Origin: Calditrichaceae bacterium
Lineage (GTDB): Bacteria; Calditrichota; Calditrichia; Calditrichales; JBFXGD01
Assembly: GCA_050173015.1 (NCBI GenBank)
Contig: JBFXLE010000021.1
Location: forward strand, 19,978-75,725
DNA length: 55,748 bases
Direction of reading: 5' to 3'
The notes under the pieces were generated by a model. The model was not told the DNA's origin. It did not search any database and was given only the letters and a program-made list of their open reading frames with translations. Of this stretch, positions 11,083 through 21,766 are shown piece after piece (positions within the stretch are counted from its first letter, which is position 1; each line of letters begins with the position of its first letter). The translations under genes and the position numbers were made by a program.

Positions 11083-11943
11083 ATGACTAAAAAAAAATTA
11101 ACGCCTTATTTATTCGTTTCACCCTATATTATTCACTTTTTAGTGTTTGTTGCTTTTCCTGTCCTTTTTTCATTTTTTCTGATGTTCCATAAATGGAATA
11201 TCATAGCTCCCATGAAATTTGTCGGATTGCAGAATTTTTATCATTTAATTAATGATATTTACTTCTTTAAATCGTTGATAAATACATTTGTTTTCCTTGC
11301 CATTCACATACCGACACAAATCATAGTTGCCCTATTTTTGGCGGAAATGCTGAATCAGAGTATTAAAATGCTGGGATTTTTCAGGGCGGCGTATTTTCTG
11401 CCCGTGATAATTTCCGGTGTTGTGGTTACGATTGTTTGGCAGCAGCTTTATGGGTTTGATACGGGAGTATTTAACCGTATCCTCACATCGATCGGTATTG
11501 AAAAGATTGGCTGGCTGACCGATCCGAAGATCGCGATGCCTTCTATCGCTCTGATGGCCACATGGAAAAATGTCGGTTTATATGTGATATTGTTTCTTGT
11601 CGGTTTACAGAGTGTTCCGCGGCACTATTATGAAGCGGCGGATATTGATGGCGCGAGCCACTGGCAGAAATTCAGATTTATTACGCTTCCGGCTATCAAT
11701 CCCACCATTTTTATGGTTGTTGTACTTTCGACAATTGGCGGCTTCTCATTGTTTATTGAACCGTATATTATGACCGGAGGCGGTCCTTTAAGCAGCACGC
11801 TTTCGGTTGTGCTCTATATTTATAAACAAGGATTTTTTTATTATCACATGGGATACGCGGCAACTCTGGGTTTTGCCTTTTCGGCGCTTATTATGGTAGT
11901 GGTGGTTTTACAGCGAAAATACATTGAAAAGGATGACAATTAA
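11083..11943 (+). CDS. Carbohydrate ABC transporter permease (MalF-like)
   Basis: Multiple TM segments; EAA loop YEAADIDGASHWQKFRFITLP. Confidence 0.95.
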   Translation: MTKKKLTPYLFVSPYIIHFLVFVAFPVLFSFFLMFHKWNIIAPMKFVGLQNFYHLINDIYFFKSLINTFVFLAIHIPTQIIVALFLAEMLNQSIKMLGFFRAAYFLPVIISGVVVTIVWQQLYGFDTGVFNRILTSIGIEKIGWLTDPKIAMPSIALMATWKNVGLYVILFLVGLQSVPRHYYEAADIDGASHWQKFRFITLPAINPTIFMVVVLSTIGGFSLFIEPYIMTGGGPLSSTLSVVLYIYKQGFFYYHMGYAATLGFAFSALIMVVVVLQRKYIEKDDN

Positions 11944-12757
11944 TAATATGAAAAAGTGGGTGATATACGGGGTCCTGCTCCTTGGCGCGCTTATGTTCAT
12001 CTATCCGTTTTTCTGGATGATGAGCGCCTCTTTGGCGATGGAAAGCGAGATAGCAAATCTGAATTTTCTGCCGGCGCAGATCACTTTCAAAAATTATGTG
12101 CAAATGTTTGCCAAGATACCGATTGGAAGAGCTTTTTTTAACAGTCTGTTTGTAACGGTTTCCGTAACATCAGGCGTGCTTTTTTTTAGCTCGATGGTGG
12201 GATACGCGATTTCAAGAATGGAATTTCGCGGAAAGAATCTTATATTTTATGTCATTATTTTTACGATGACACTGCCTTTTCAGATCACGCTGATACCACA
12301 ATACATATTAATAGTAAAATTGTGTATGGTTGATACATACTGGGCGCTGATTATTCCATATTTCATGAATGCTCTGGGCATTATCATGTTCCGTCAATAT
12401 TTTAAAAGTATTCCGCAGGATCTTATCGATGCCGCTCGTATTGATGGTTGTGGTGACTTTACTATCCTATTCCGGATTCTCTGGCCAAACTCAATTCCGG
12501 CTTTGGTGACAGTCGGTATATTAACCTTCATGGCCACGTGGAATGAAGTGCTATGGCCCTTAATTGTCATTCGTGAAGAAAATCTGATGACCATGCCTCA
12601 GCTGGTTACTCTTTTTGCGGTCGGCGGCCGCGCCGAATCTCAATTGGGTGTTAAATTGGCTGCCGCGACGCTGCTGGCTCTACCGATCCTGCTGGCGTAT
12701 TTATTTTTCCAGAGATATTTCATCCAAAGCATGGTTTCGACCGGCATGAAAGAATAG
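11924..12757 (+). CDS. Carbohydrate ABC transporter permease (MalG-like)
   Basis: FRQYFKSIPQDLIDAARIDG; WNEVLWPL; FFQRYFIQ. The true start may be a downstream ATG. Confidence 0.95.
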   Translation: MKRMTINNMKKWVIYGVLLLGALMFIYPFFWMMSASLAMESEIANLNFLPAQITFKNYVQMFAKIPIGRAFFNSLFVTVSVTSGVLFFSSMVGYAISRMEFRGKNLIFYVIIFTMTLPFQITLIPQYILIVKLCMVDTYWALIIPYFMNALGIIMFRQYFKSIPQDLIDAARIDGCGDFTILFRILWPNSIPALVTVGILTFMATWNEVLWPLIVIREENLMTMPQLVTLFAVGGRAESQLGVKLAAATLLALPILLAYLFFQRYFIQSMVSTGMKE

Positions 12758-12854
12758 CATTCAGCATGAGTATTCAGGAGTCTGGAAAGGCTTTTGAACC
12801 AAACATGAAAGAGTTTATGTGATCACTAAATTAATTGTTAAAAGGAAGTCATAG

Positions 12855-14102
12855 ATGATTGAACGAAAATCGCTGCAATTTAAAGCAAATTATAAGAAAG
12901 TTTTATGTCAGTTTTTTGAGCCGGGCGATGAAAAGAGATTCCGTCAAATTATTGACAGAATCATGGGATTGACGGATAAACAAACCGCAGACTATTTGGA
13001 GCAGGTATTTCAGGAATTTAGTTCCAGGCATAAGAATTTTAGTGAGATATTAATAAATCATTATAACCGTGTCTCTTATCTGATTGAAAATAGCGAAAAT
13101 TTGAATAAAAACAGAAAATTATTGATAGGAAGCTACTTCAGCAAAGAGTATTCCATCGAGGCCGCCGCGCTTTTTAATCCTTCCATGACTCCGCATCCCG
13201 ATCAGAGTAATCTGAAACCGGGGAATAAACGTTTCATAATGAGCTTCAGGGCGACCGGTGAAGGGCATATCTCCAGTGTTGAATTTGTGAGTGGAATCGT
13301 CGATCAGAATGGAAACATCTCTGTTGATCCCATTAGCAAATATTGCGTGAATCCCCAAAAAACCGAACTGCGGGATGATATTGTCCAAATGACATTTAAT
13401 TCGTCGGATTCTGTTTCAGAAAGAGTTTTGTTCCCAAACACTCCTGACGAAAGTAATGGAATCGAGGATGTAAGGCTGGTTCGTTTTGTTGAAGGCGATG
13501 ATAATGTGACCTATTACGGCACATACACCGCCTATAACGGAACAGAAATAAAACCGAAATTAATTGAAACCAAGGATTTTGTTACCTTTAAAATGCGTCC
13601 GCTTACCGGAAAAGCGGCTGTTAACAAAGGAATGGCTCTATTTCCACGGAAAATTAATGGTAAATATGCCATGGTTTCCCGTCAGGATGGAGAAAATATT
13701 TTGATTATGTTTTCCGATGATTTACATCGGTGGGATGAATCTCAAATTATGCAGGAACCGGTGTATCCCTGGGAATTTATCCAGCTTGGCAATTGCGGTT
13801 CACCGGTTGAGACGGAAGCGGGATGGATATTACTCAGCCACAGTGTCGGACCAATGAGAAAATATGTGATCAGCGCCTATCTGCTGGATCTAAATGATCC
13901 GTCAAAAGTGATCGGCCGGCTGGAAGAACCGCTGATCAGTCCGGATGAGAATGAACGCGAAGGGTACGTTCCCAATGTGGTTTATTCATGTGGAGGAATG
14001 ATAAATGATGATACATTGATCATTCCTTATGCCATGTCAGACTATGCCTCCGGTTTTGCGTCTGTCGGTGTCGGGAAACTACTATCCGGTATGAAAAAAT
14101 GA
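12855..14102 (+). CDS. GH130-family mannoside phosphorylase/hydrolase (long form)
   Basis: ALFNPS; GIEDVRL; YGTYTAY; NKGMALFP.KING; GYVPNVVYSCG. Confidence 0.88.
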   Translation: MIERKSLQFKANYKKVLCQFFEPGDEKRFRQIIDRIMGLTDKQTADYLEQVFQEFSSRHKNFSEILINHYNRVSYLIENSENLNKNRKLLIGSYFSKEYSIEAAALFNPSMTPHPDQSNLKPGNKRFIMSFRATGEGHISSVEFVSGIVDQNGNISVDPISKYCVNPQKTELRDDIVQMTFNSSDSVSERVLFPNTPDESNGIEDVRLVRFVEGDDNVTYYGTYTAYNGTEIKPKLIETKDFVTFKMRPLTGKAAVNKGMALFPRKINGKYAMVSRQDGENILIMFSDDLHRWDESQIMQEPVYPWEFIQLGNCGSPVETEAGWILLSHSVGPMRKYVISAYLLDLNDPSKVIGRLEEPLISPDENEREGYVPNVVYSCGGMINDDTLIIPYAMSDYASGFASVGVGKLLSGMKK

Positions 14103-14172
14103 GCGACATAAAAAGATTTTAAACTTTAATAATAGATCTAATTATTGAATTACTTTAGTCGGAGAAACAAAA

Positions 14173-15084
14173 ATGCCGGTAATAAGATATACACATAATC
14201 CAATATTAACTAATAAGAATGTGCCGTTTAAAGTCAATAGTATTTTTAACGCGGGAGCAGTTAAATATAAGGGACAATATCTGCTGTTATGCAGAGTGGA
14301 GATGCCGGTGGGAAGGTCTTCGCTTGTGCTGGCGAGGAGTAAGGATGGTGTGGAATTTAAGGTGGATCCCCAGCCCTGTCTGAAGCCGGAGGATCATAAT
14401 GAATTCAGGGAATATGTAGAGTGGGGAATTGAGGATCCGCGGATTACCAGGATCGGTGAAAAATATTATATACTGTACACCGGATATTCCAAACATCAAC
14501 CGGTGGTAATGCTGGCTGATACAAAGGATTTTGAAAAATTTAATCTGCATGGGCCTGTGTCTGAACCCTCCAATAAAGACGCGGTACTTTTTCCCGAAAA
14601 AATTGACGGGTATTACTGGAAGATCGACAGACCTTCATTCGGAATGTCCGGCGGAAGTATGTGGATCAACCGGAGTAATGATTTATTACACTGGGGAGGA
14701 TACCGTTTTCTGATGGAAGGGACTCCCGGCAGCTGGGAGCAGGATAAAGTCGGGGCTTCCACTCAGCCGGTTAAAACGGATCAGGGCTGGCTGCTTTTAT
14801 ATCATGGGGTCCGCAGTTTCGGAGTTTCCACACTTTATAAGTTAGGAGCGCTACTTCTGGATCAGCATGAACCGTGGAAAATTATCGGTAAAAGCACGGG
14901 ACCCATTCTTTCTCCGGAGACGGAATATGAACGTATAGGCGATGTGGGGAATGTGGTATTTTCAACCGGTTGGATTATAGAAGACAGTGGAGATGTAAAA
15001 ATATATTATTCAGGAGCGGATCAAAATATCTGTTTAGCCACGACCACGGTGAAAGAACTTCTATCCACCTGTGAATCAAAATAA
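14173..15084 (+). CDS. GH130-family beta-mannoside phosphorylase
   Basis: RY..NPIL; NSIFNAGAV; GIEDPRIT; NKDAVLFPEKIDG; DRP; YHGV; GDVGNVVF; YYSGAD. Confidence 0.9.
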   Translation: MPVIRYTHNPILTNKNVPFKVNSIFNAGAVKYKGQYLLLCRVEMPVGRSSLVLARSKDGVEFKVDPQPCLKPEDHNEFREYVEWGIEDPRITRIGEKYYILYTGYSKHQPVVMLADTKDFEKFNLHGPVSEPSNKDAVLFPEKIDGYYWKIDRPSFGMSGGSMWINRSNDLLHWGGYRFLMEGTPGSWEQDKVGASTQPVKTDQGWLLLYHGVRSFGVSTLYKLGALLLDQHEPWKIIGKSTGPILSPETEYERIGDVGNVVFSTGWIIEDSGDVKIYYSGADQNICLATTTVKELLSTCESK

Positions 15085-15119
15085 TTAAACATTATTAAAA
15101 ACCTTATCCGGAGATATTC

Positions 15120-16421
15120 ATGAATAATGGTCAGGTATTTCGCTTCATTATTTCTGGTTTTTGTTTGTTTACACTACTACTTGTCACGAATAGTTGCGCC
15201 AATAAAGAGAAAACTCTTGTAAACACTGCCCATCTGGATCATTTGTATGATGAAGTTGAAATAATGGGGAAGAAGGTCGGAATCATACATATTTACAGCG
15301 AATATCCCGACTACAAAGTCGTCGAAGCTCCGGGAGAGGGGATCGCCTGTGTGGATGATGTGGCGCGGGCGGCGGTATTTTATCTGCGTCATTACCAATA
15401 TACCGGAACGAAAACAAGCCTTGCCAAAGCGGAAAAACTGCTGGATTTTATTTTACTAACACAGGCTGATAACGGTTATTTTTATAATTTTATCAACAGC
15501 CGGCATGAAATCGATTCACTAATCAATAACAGCCGACCGCGAGCGGACTGGTGGTCGTGGCGCGCTTTGTGGGCGATGGGAGAAGCCTATCCGTTTTATC
15601 TGAATCATAACAGATCTTTCGCGGATACCCTTGAAAAGAGAATCAGAAAAGTAACCCGGAATATTGATGAATTTCAAAGGCAATATCCGAAGACGGCTGT
15701 TGTGCAAAATAAGGAGTTACCTACCTGGCTGCCCTATGAATATGCCGCCGATCAGGCCGGAACATTACTTTTAGGATTGATTCCCTACTACCGGGCGTCC
15801 GGTGACACCCTTGCCGGAAAGATTATCGAATTACAAAGCAGGGGAGTGGTCATGTTGCAGTCCGGGGATTCGCTTACCTTCCCGTTCGGGGCATTTCTCA
15901 GCTGGAAAAATCATTGGCACGGTTGGGGAAATAATCAGGCCTATGCGTTGCTTGATGCCGGAGATGTCCTAAAAGAATTTGATTTTAAAGAAGCCGCGTT
16001 AAGAGAATTGGACGGATTCTATCCCTGGCTTGTTGATAAAGGCTACCTGAAAAGTTTCAGTGTCGGGAATGATTCGGGAAAAAATACTCCCGCTGAAATA
16101 CAGCAATTTGAGCAGATTGCTTACGCGGTCAGACCAATGGTATTTGCTAATATCAAGGCATATATCATGACCGGTGATAAACGATATTCAAGTCAGGCTT
16201 TGGAAATGACAGAATGGTTATTGGGGAAGAACATCGCGAATGCGCCGCTGTATGATCCCGAGACAGGAAGATGTTTCGACGGTATTGACAACAGCGAGAA
16301 GCTTAATATGAATTCCGGTGCTGAGTCAACCATAGAAGCGCTTCTCACTATACTGGAGATTGAGCAACATCCGGATCTGAGGCAAGAACTGTTTGCTTAC
16401 TATAAAAAGAGAAACAATTGA
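15120..16421 (+). CDS. Putative (alpha/alpha)6 glycoside-active lipoprotein, unknown family
   Basis: Lipobox TNSC; ACVDDVARA, FYNF, FEQIAY, GRCFDG and NSGAESTIEAL motifs like six-hairpin-type proteins; sugar-locus context. Confidence 0.6.
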   Translation: MNNGQVFRFIISGFCLFTLLLVTNSCANKEKTLVNTAHLDHLYDEVEIMGKKVGIIHIYSEYPDYKVVEAPGEGIACVDDVARAAVFYLRHYQYTGTKTSLAKAEKLLDFILLTQADNGYFYNFINSRHEIDSLINNSRPRADWWSWRALWAMGEAYPFYLNHNRSFADTLEKRIRKVTRNIDEFQRQYPKTAVVQNKELPTWLPYEYAADQAGTLLLGLIPYYRASGDTLAGKIIELQSRGVVMLQSGDSLTFPFGAFLSWKNHWHGWGNNQAYALLDAGDVLKEFDFKEAALRELDGFYPWLVDKGYLKSFSVGNDSGKNTPAEIQQFEQIAYAVRPMVFANIKAYIMTGDKRYSSQALEMTEWLLGKNIANAPLYDPETGRCFDGIDNSEKLNMNSGAESTIEALLTILEIEQHPDLRQELFAYYKKRNN

Positions 16422-16564
16422 TGATAAGCAATTATAAATTGGCGATTCCGGCTTTCCGGTAATAATAGGTTGGATATCGCTTCTGTATGCGACAGTATTG
16501 TTCATTTCATCTGGATTAATAAAACAAAACGACACTCTAAATTTATTTCAACGTTGGAATATGC

Positions 16565-19060
16565 ATGAAAACAATATATAGTTTGCATCAAAATTGGATT
16601 CTAAAAAAGAAACAGGCTCCAAAAAGTAAATCGGAAAATTTATCAAACAATAATACTCTTCCCGAAGGCGGCATCCCCGCAGAGGTTCCGGGCACAGTTC
16701 ATACGGATTTACTGAATGCAGGTCTGATCAAAGATCCCCACTATGCGGATAATGAGTTATCTTTAGAATGGATTGCCGAAAGTGAATGGATTTATGAAAA
16801 ATATTTTGATTTTCCGGAAAATATGTCGGTTCAAAAACCCGTATATTTGATTTTTGAAGGACTGGACACCATAGCAGATGTGTATCTGAATGATAAACTT
16901 ATCCTGAATGCCCGGAATATGTTCAAATCACATCGGATAGAAATCGGAAAAATTCTTAAAGCCCAAAAAAATCATCTCAAAATCTTATTTAATTCGCCTA
17001 TGATAAGCGGGCAGGAACTGGAAGAAAAATACGGGAAATTGCCGGTGGCTCTCAATTCTTCAAGAGTGTATCTGAGAAAGGCGCAATATTCATACGGCTG
17101 GGATTGGGGACCATCCTTTTGCACCTCGGGAATTTGGAGACCGGTATATCTGCTGCAGCCGGATAAAGCCGTCATTGAAAATATCGATTTCAACACGATT
17201 TCTTTAGAGAAAAATACCGCGCTGATAAAGGTATATGTCGAGTTGAAAAGTGAAGTTAAGGAAATTAAAGGGTACCTGAATATCAAATTGTGGGATGATG
17301 AGAAAACGATCGAAAAACATGTGATATTAAGTAATTCCCTAAATTCTGAGATTGATTTAAAGGTGCTTAATCCGGCGCTTTGGTGGCCCAATGGTTCCGG
17401 GGACGCGCATCTGTATAATTTAGAAATCACCTTAAAAGATGAATCGGGCAAAGTTCTTGATAATCTTAAGAAAAAGGTCGGTATCCGCATCATTGAATTA
17501 CAAACAGAGGAAAATAAAAAAAATGTTTTCCGCTTTGTTGTTAACCACCAAAAAATTTTCATGAAGGGAGCAAACTGGATTCCGGCAGATTCATTTTTAC
17601 CCCGGATTCCTGATGGCAAATACAGGAAACTGCTTCAATTGGCCGCTTCGGCAAACATGAATATGATCCGCGTTTGGGGCGGAGGCATTTATGAAAATGA
17701 CTGTTTTTATGAATATTGTGATGAGATGGGAATCATTGTCTGGCAGGATTTTATGTTCGCCTGCGCGGCTTATCCTGAACATGAATCATTTTTAAATGAA
17801 GTCAGAGAAGAGGCGGCTCAAAATATAAAACGGCTGCGATCTCATCCGTCTCTCGGGATTTGGTGTGGAAATAACGAAAATGAATGGATCTGGTATCAGG
17901 GGCAATCCAAACCTGTTATTGAAATGCCCGGTTATAAAATATATCACACAATTTTACCGGACCTATTGAAAAAGCTGGATCCACACACCGCCTACTGGCC
18001 TTCATCCCCGTTTGGGACCGGGGACGATCCCAATGATATGTCAAGCGGAAATCGTCACCAGTGGGATATCTGGAGCCGGTGGATAGATTATACGGAAGTG
18101 AAAAAAGATAAAAGTTTATTTGTGACCGAATTCGGATTTCAGGGCCCCGCAAATTATCATACTTTCAAAAAAGTGATACCCGATTCCGAATTACACCCGC
18201 AAAGCCGGATTTTCGAATTTCATAATAAACAGATCGAGGGGCCTGAGCGTGTCATGCGGTTTTTATCAGGGCATTTGCCGGTTTCAACGGATTTAGCGGA
18301 CTTTATTTATCTCGCCCAGCTTAATCAGGCATTGGCGCTTAAAACCTGTCTTTCTCATTGGCGTCTGAGATGGCCGGAAACAGCGGGATCGGTTATATGG
18401 CAATTAAATGATTGCTGGCCGGTCACCAGCTGGGCATTAATCGATTCGGAACTACGGCCGAAAACATCCTTTTATTTTGTCAAAAATATTTTCTCTCCGG
18501 CAGTGATCGCTTTTCAGCAAAATGAACAGGAAGTAGATATCATATTATCAAATCTTTCTGATCGTAAAGTTGAAGGTACCCTGGAAGTCGCGCGTATTAC
18601 ACTGCCTGGCGGTGAAATTTCTGAAATAAACAAAATCCCCGTGAGCTGTCCGGAGGCTATCAACGAAGTTGTCATGAGTCTCATATGGAGCGAGACGATG
18701 GAAAACGGGAATTCAATCCTGGTGGCCACCTTGTCTGATCATTCAGGAACAATGATCAGTCGCGATATTTTTTCATCGCTGCGATTCAAACATTTAAAAC
18801 TTCCTGAGCCTGAATTGATGATTCGTTCGGGTGATAAAGATCGGGGTCATGAAGACAAAATTGTCATCAGTAGCAGAAAAGCGGCACTGTTTGTTAATTT
18901 AACGCATCCGGAAGCGTATTTCTCCGATAACGGATTAATCATTTTACCCGGTGAAGAATATGTTCTGGATATAACATATCATTCGGAAGGGACGAAAATC
19001 AATCCGAAGGAGATTGAAATGTATTCCCTTAATAATTATTTATCTACCGGTCAAAATTGA
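16565..19060 (+). CDS. GH2 beta-mannosidase
   Basis: LRKAQYSYGWDWGP; KGANWIP; NMIRVWGGGIYE; VWQDFMFAC; WCGNNE (acid/base); FVTEFGFQG (nucleophile); WQLNDCWP. Confidence 0.93.
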   Translation: MKTIYSLHQNWILKKKQAPKSKSENLSNNNTLPEGGIPAEVPGTVHTDLLNAGLIKDPHYADNELSLEWIAESEWIYEKYFDFPENMSVQKPVYLIFEGLDTIADVYLNDKLILNARNMFKSHRIEIGKILKAQKNHLKILFNSPMISGQELEEKYGKLPVALNSSRVYLRKAQYSYGWDWGPSFCTSGIWRPVYLLQPDKAVIENIDFNTISLEKNTALIKVYVELKSEVKEIKGYLNIKLWDDEKTIEKHVILSNSLNSEIDLKVLNPALWWPNGSGDAHLYNLEITLKDESGKVLDNLKKKVGIRIIELQTEENKKNVFRFVVNHQKIFMKGANWIPADSFLPRIPDGKYRKLLQLAASANMNMIRVWGGGIYENDCFYEYCDEMGIIVWQDFMFACAAYPEHESFLNEVREEAAQNIKRLRSHPSLGIWCGNNENEWIWYQGQSKPVIEMPGYKIYHTILPDLLKKLDPHTAYWPSSPFGTGDDPNDMSSGNRHQWDIWSRWIDYTEVKKDKSLFVTEFGFQGPANYHTFKKVIPDSELHPQSRIFEFHNKQIEGPERVMRFLSGHLPVSTDLADFIYLAQLNQALALKTCLSHWRLRWPETAGSVIWQLNDCWPVTSWALIDSELRPKTSFYFVKNIFSPAVIAFQQNEQEVDIILSNLSDRKVEGTLEVARITLPGGEISEINKIPVSCPEAINEVVMSLIWSETMENGNSILVATLSDHSGTMISRDIFSSLRFKHLKLPEPELMIRSGDKDRGHEDKIVISSRKAALFVNLTHPEAYFSDNGLIILPGEEYVLDITYHSEGTKINPKEIEMYSLNNYLSTGQN

Positions 19061-19138
19061 TCATCCTGTACGGTATGATCCGTAAAGGTTGAAAGTTGAA
19101 GAAAAGTCATCGTAATCTTATCAAAAGGGAAACGTGAA

Positions 19139-21727
19139 TTGAAGCGTTCGTATCTATCATTTTATCGGCTGGGTAGTTTACTTCTAATCTCATGCTTATT
19201 TGGATTCATCTCATGTGGACAGAAAGAGGAGAGCCCTGAACTTGAAATAGAGTTCGATGGTAAACATGGCGCGCAAATAGAAGTTGGCAGCCCTTACGCG
19301 GGGATAGAAATCCATCACAGCTCACCCATGTTGAACAGGATCAGCTTTTTTTATCCAAAAGCTAACAGTCTGGATCTTAGTGAAGATTACTGGAAAAGGG
19401 ATCAGTCGCATATTCTGTTCTTAGGGATAAAGGATGGGGAAAACCCCGGGAAATGGATCGGCCTGGAACCATATAAATCAAGACAAACGCCCTATTCGGT
19501 TATTTTAGAAAAAGATGAGATTGATCTGGGTGTGAAGGTAAGTTATGAATTTTGCGGCACTAAACCCGCTATCATGGCGACTTTTGAGATAAAAAATCTC
19601 TCGGGTGAAAAAAAGAATATTGAATTTTATACTCACTTAGACGCGACATTAAAGACTAGCCATTCGTATAAGAAGAAGGATAAAGCCTGGACGGAGTCTG
19701 ACTCATCCGGTTCGGTGATCTATATTAATTATGATGATTCCGAGACAGGAAACGCTCAAATCTTTGTCGCGAACGCCGGCGAAAAACCCATTGGTTTTAC
19801 TACAGATAGTGAGTCAATCGGATTTCCGTTCTCGGGGAAAAACAGATGGAAAAATGAAAATTTACCATTACAGGGTGATCTGATCAGCAGAAATAATCCC
19901 GGAAAAGCGGCGGCGATATTTGAATATAGAAAAGCTCTTGATCCGGACGGCACTCTAAACGTCGTTCAGATAATCGGCTCATCCGCCATGGATGAAGGGC
20001 GGGAAATTGTAGATTATCTGATAAATAATTATCCGAATGAAATAAATGATTATAAAAATTTCATTCTTGATAAGGTCGATGATATGGGTATTCTGGAGAC
20101 AGGTGACAAATCCCTTGATATGACGGCGCGATGGTCAAAAGAAATTCTGGCTGTCAACGCTCATTATCTGGATGATGAAATAGTGCCGATGCCCTGTCCC
20201 GCGGAATACAATTTTTATTTTACCCATGACGCGTTAAAAACCGATCTGGCCGCGGTCAATTTTGATATTGAGCGTGTAAAAAATGATCTTCTTTATATCG
20301 CTGAGCATGCGAATGATGACCATATTATTCCGCACGCCTATTATTGGAAAGATGACCGGTATGTTACGGAATATGCCGGACCAGATAACTGGAATCATTT
20401 CTGGTTTGTGATTGTCTCTGCCGGTTATCTCAGGCATTCCAATGATTTAAATACTTTGAACAACCTGTATCCGCTTATTGAAGAAAGCATCGTTCAGACG
20501 CTTATCAACAAAAATGATGATGATTTAATGTGGGCATACCGGCCGGATTGGTGGGATATTGGCAGGAATTTTGGAGCGCGCTCCTATATGACCATTCTCG
20601 CGATCCGGGCGATTCAGGATTATATTTATATATCCACGGTGCTGGATAAGAATTTAAACGAATTATTGTCTCTTGAAAAACTGACAGAAAGAATGCGCGA
20701 CCAATTGTCATCGCGTTTATGGGATGACCGATCAAACTACTTAATGAATTACTATGAGGACGGCACTCTTGATAAACATTACTACATCGGTTCTCTATTG
20801 GCTGCGCACTTCGGCAGCATCGATCAGGAAAAAATTTCTTTAATGGCAAAATCCGCCGGCGAAAATCTTCTTGATGAAAAGTTGGGCATTTACAATGCAT
20901 TCCCTATGGATTTCCACCTTTTAAAAGATTATCTAAAGTTCAGCGGCAATGAGGCGGGTGACCCGTTTATTTATATGAACGGCGGGATCTGGCCTCATGG
21001 AAACGCCTGGTATGCTCTGGCGCTTTCTGCCGCCGGTGAAGCGGATAAGTCTCTCGATTTTATAAGAAATACAATGACTATAAATGGCATCATGAATAGT
21101 CCCAACGGTCAGCCGGCAATGTATGAATATCGCAACAGTAATCATACTGATTCTTCGCTCTACGGCAAAGTAGACAAACCACAGTTTTTATGGGCGGGCG
21201 GATGGTATCTCTATAGTTTGTATAATCTTTTGGGCAAAAGCGAAAACAGCTGGAATATTTCCTTCGTGCCAAATTCGGTGAAAGCCCTGAGTAATAGCCG
21301 CTACAGTATCATTATTGATGGTAAACAGGTCGTTGTAGATAATGACGGATCAGCTGAATTTATTCATTCAATACACGCGGATGGCAAAATACGGCCATCA
21401 GCGGTGGTACCGGTCAATATGGCATCCGTGAAAAATCTGAAGATCAGATACGGTTCTCCTGAAGCCCCATATCTGGCGAGTACCAATTCGATTTTGAACA
21501 GGATTGCGTACGACGCGCGTTTAAAAGAGTTAGAAATAGTACTAAAGGCATTTGATGGACATGTGAATGAAAGTGTCATCATCTCTCCATTCACCCCGGT
21601 TAAAGTTCAGTTAAACGGGCAGGAAGATGCAGTCAATTATAACCCGGAAATGATCGGCGATACTTACAAAATACGTTTCGGTTTTGAACATCATTCGGGA
21701 TATGATACTCTCATAGTAAAATTTTAA
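19139..21727 (+). CDS. Putative (alpha/alpha)6 glycoside hydrolase-like lipoprotein
   Basis: Lipobox FISC; beta-rich N-terminal half; C-terminal YFTHD, PDWWD, YMNGGIWPHGNAWYAL and EY motifs resembling GH63/debranching-type barrels. Confidence 0.6.
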   Translation: MKRSYLSFYRLGSLLLISCLFGFISCGQKEESPELEIEFDGKHGAQIEVGSPYAGIEIHHSSPMLNRISFFYPKANSLDLSEDYWKRDQSHILFLGIKDGENPGKWIGLEPYKSRQTPYSVILEKDEIDLGVKVSYEFCGTKPAIMATFEIKNLSGEKKNIEFYTHLDATLKTSHSYKKKDKAWTESDSSGSVIYINYDDSETGNAQIFVANAGEKPIGFTTDSESIGFPFSGKNRWKNENLPLQGDLISRNNPGKAAAIFEYRKALDPDGTLNVVQIIGSSAMDEGREIVDYLINNYPNEINDYKNFILDKVDDMGILETGDKSLDMTARWSKEILAVNAHYLDDEIVPMPCPAEYNFYFTHDALKTDLAAVNFDIERVKNDLLYIAEHANDDHIIPHAYYWKDDRYVTEYAGPDNWNHFWFVIVSAGYLRHSNDLNTLNNLYPLIEESIVQTLINKNDDDLMWAYRPDWWDIGRNFGARSYMTILAIRAIQDYIYISTVLDKNLNELLSLEKLTERMRDQLSSRLWDDRSNYLMNYYEDGTLDKHYYIGSLLAAHFGSIDQEKISLMAKSAGENLLDEKLGIYNAFPMDFHLLKDYLKFSGNEAGDPFIYMNGGIWPHGNAWYALALSAAGEADKSLDFIRNTMTINGIMNSPNGQPAMYEYRNSNHTDSSLYGKVDKPQFLWAGGWYLYSLYNLLGKSENSWNISFVPNSVKALSNSRYSIIIDGKQVVVDNDGSAEFIHSIHADGKIRPSAVVPVNMASVKNLKIRYGSPEAPYLASTNSILNRIAYDARLKELEIVLKAFDGHVNESVIISPFTPVKVQLNGQEDAVNYNPEMIGDTYKIRFGFEHHSGYDTLIVKF

Positions 21728-21766
21728 TGAAAGTAAATCCGGCCTTTATGCGGAGTAAGGAGAAAT

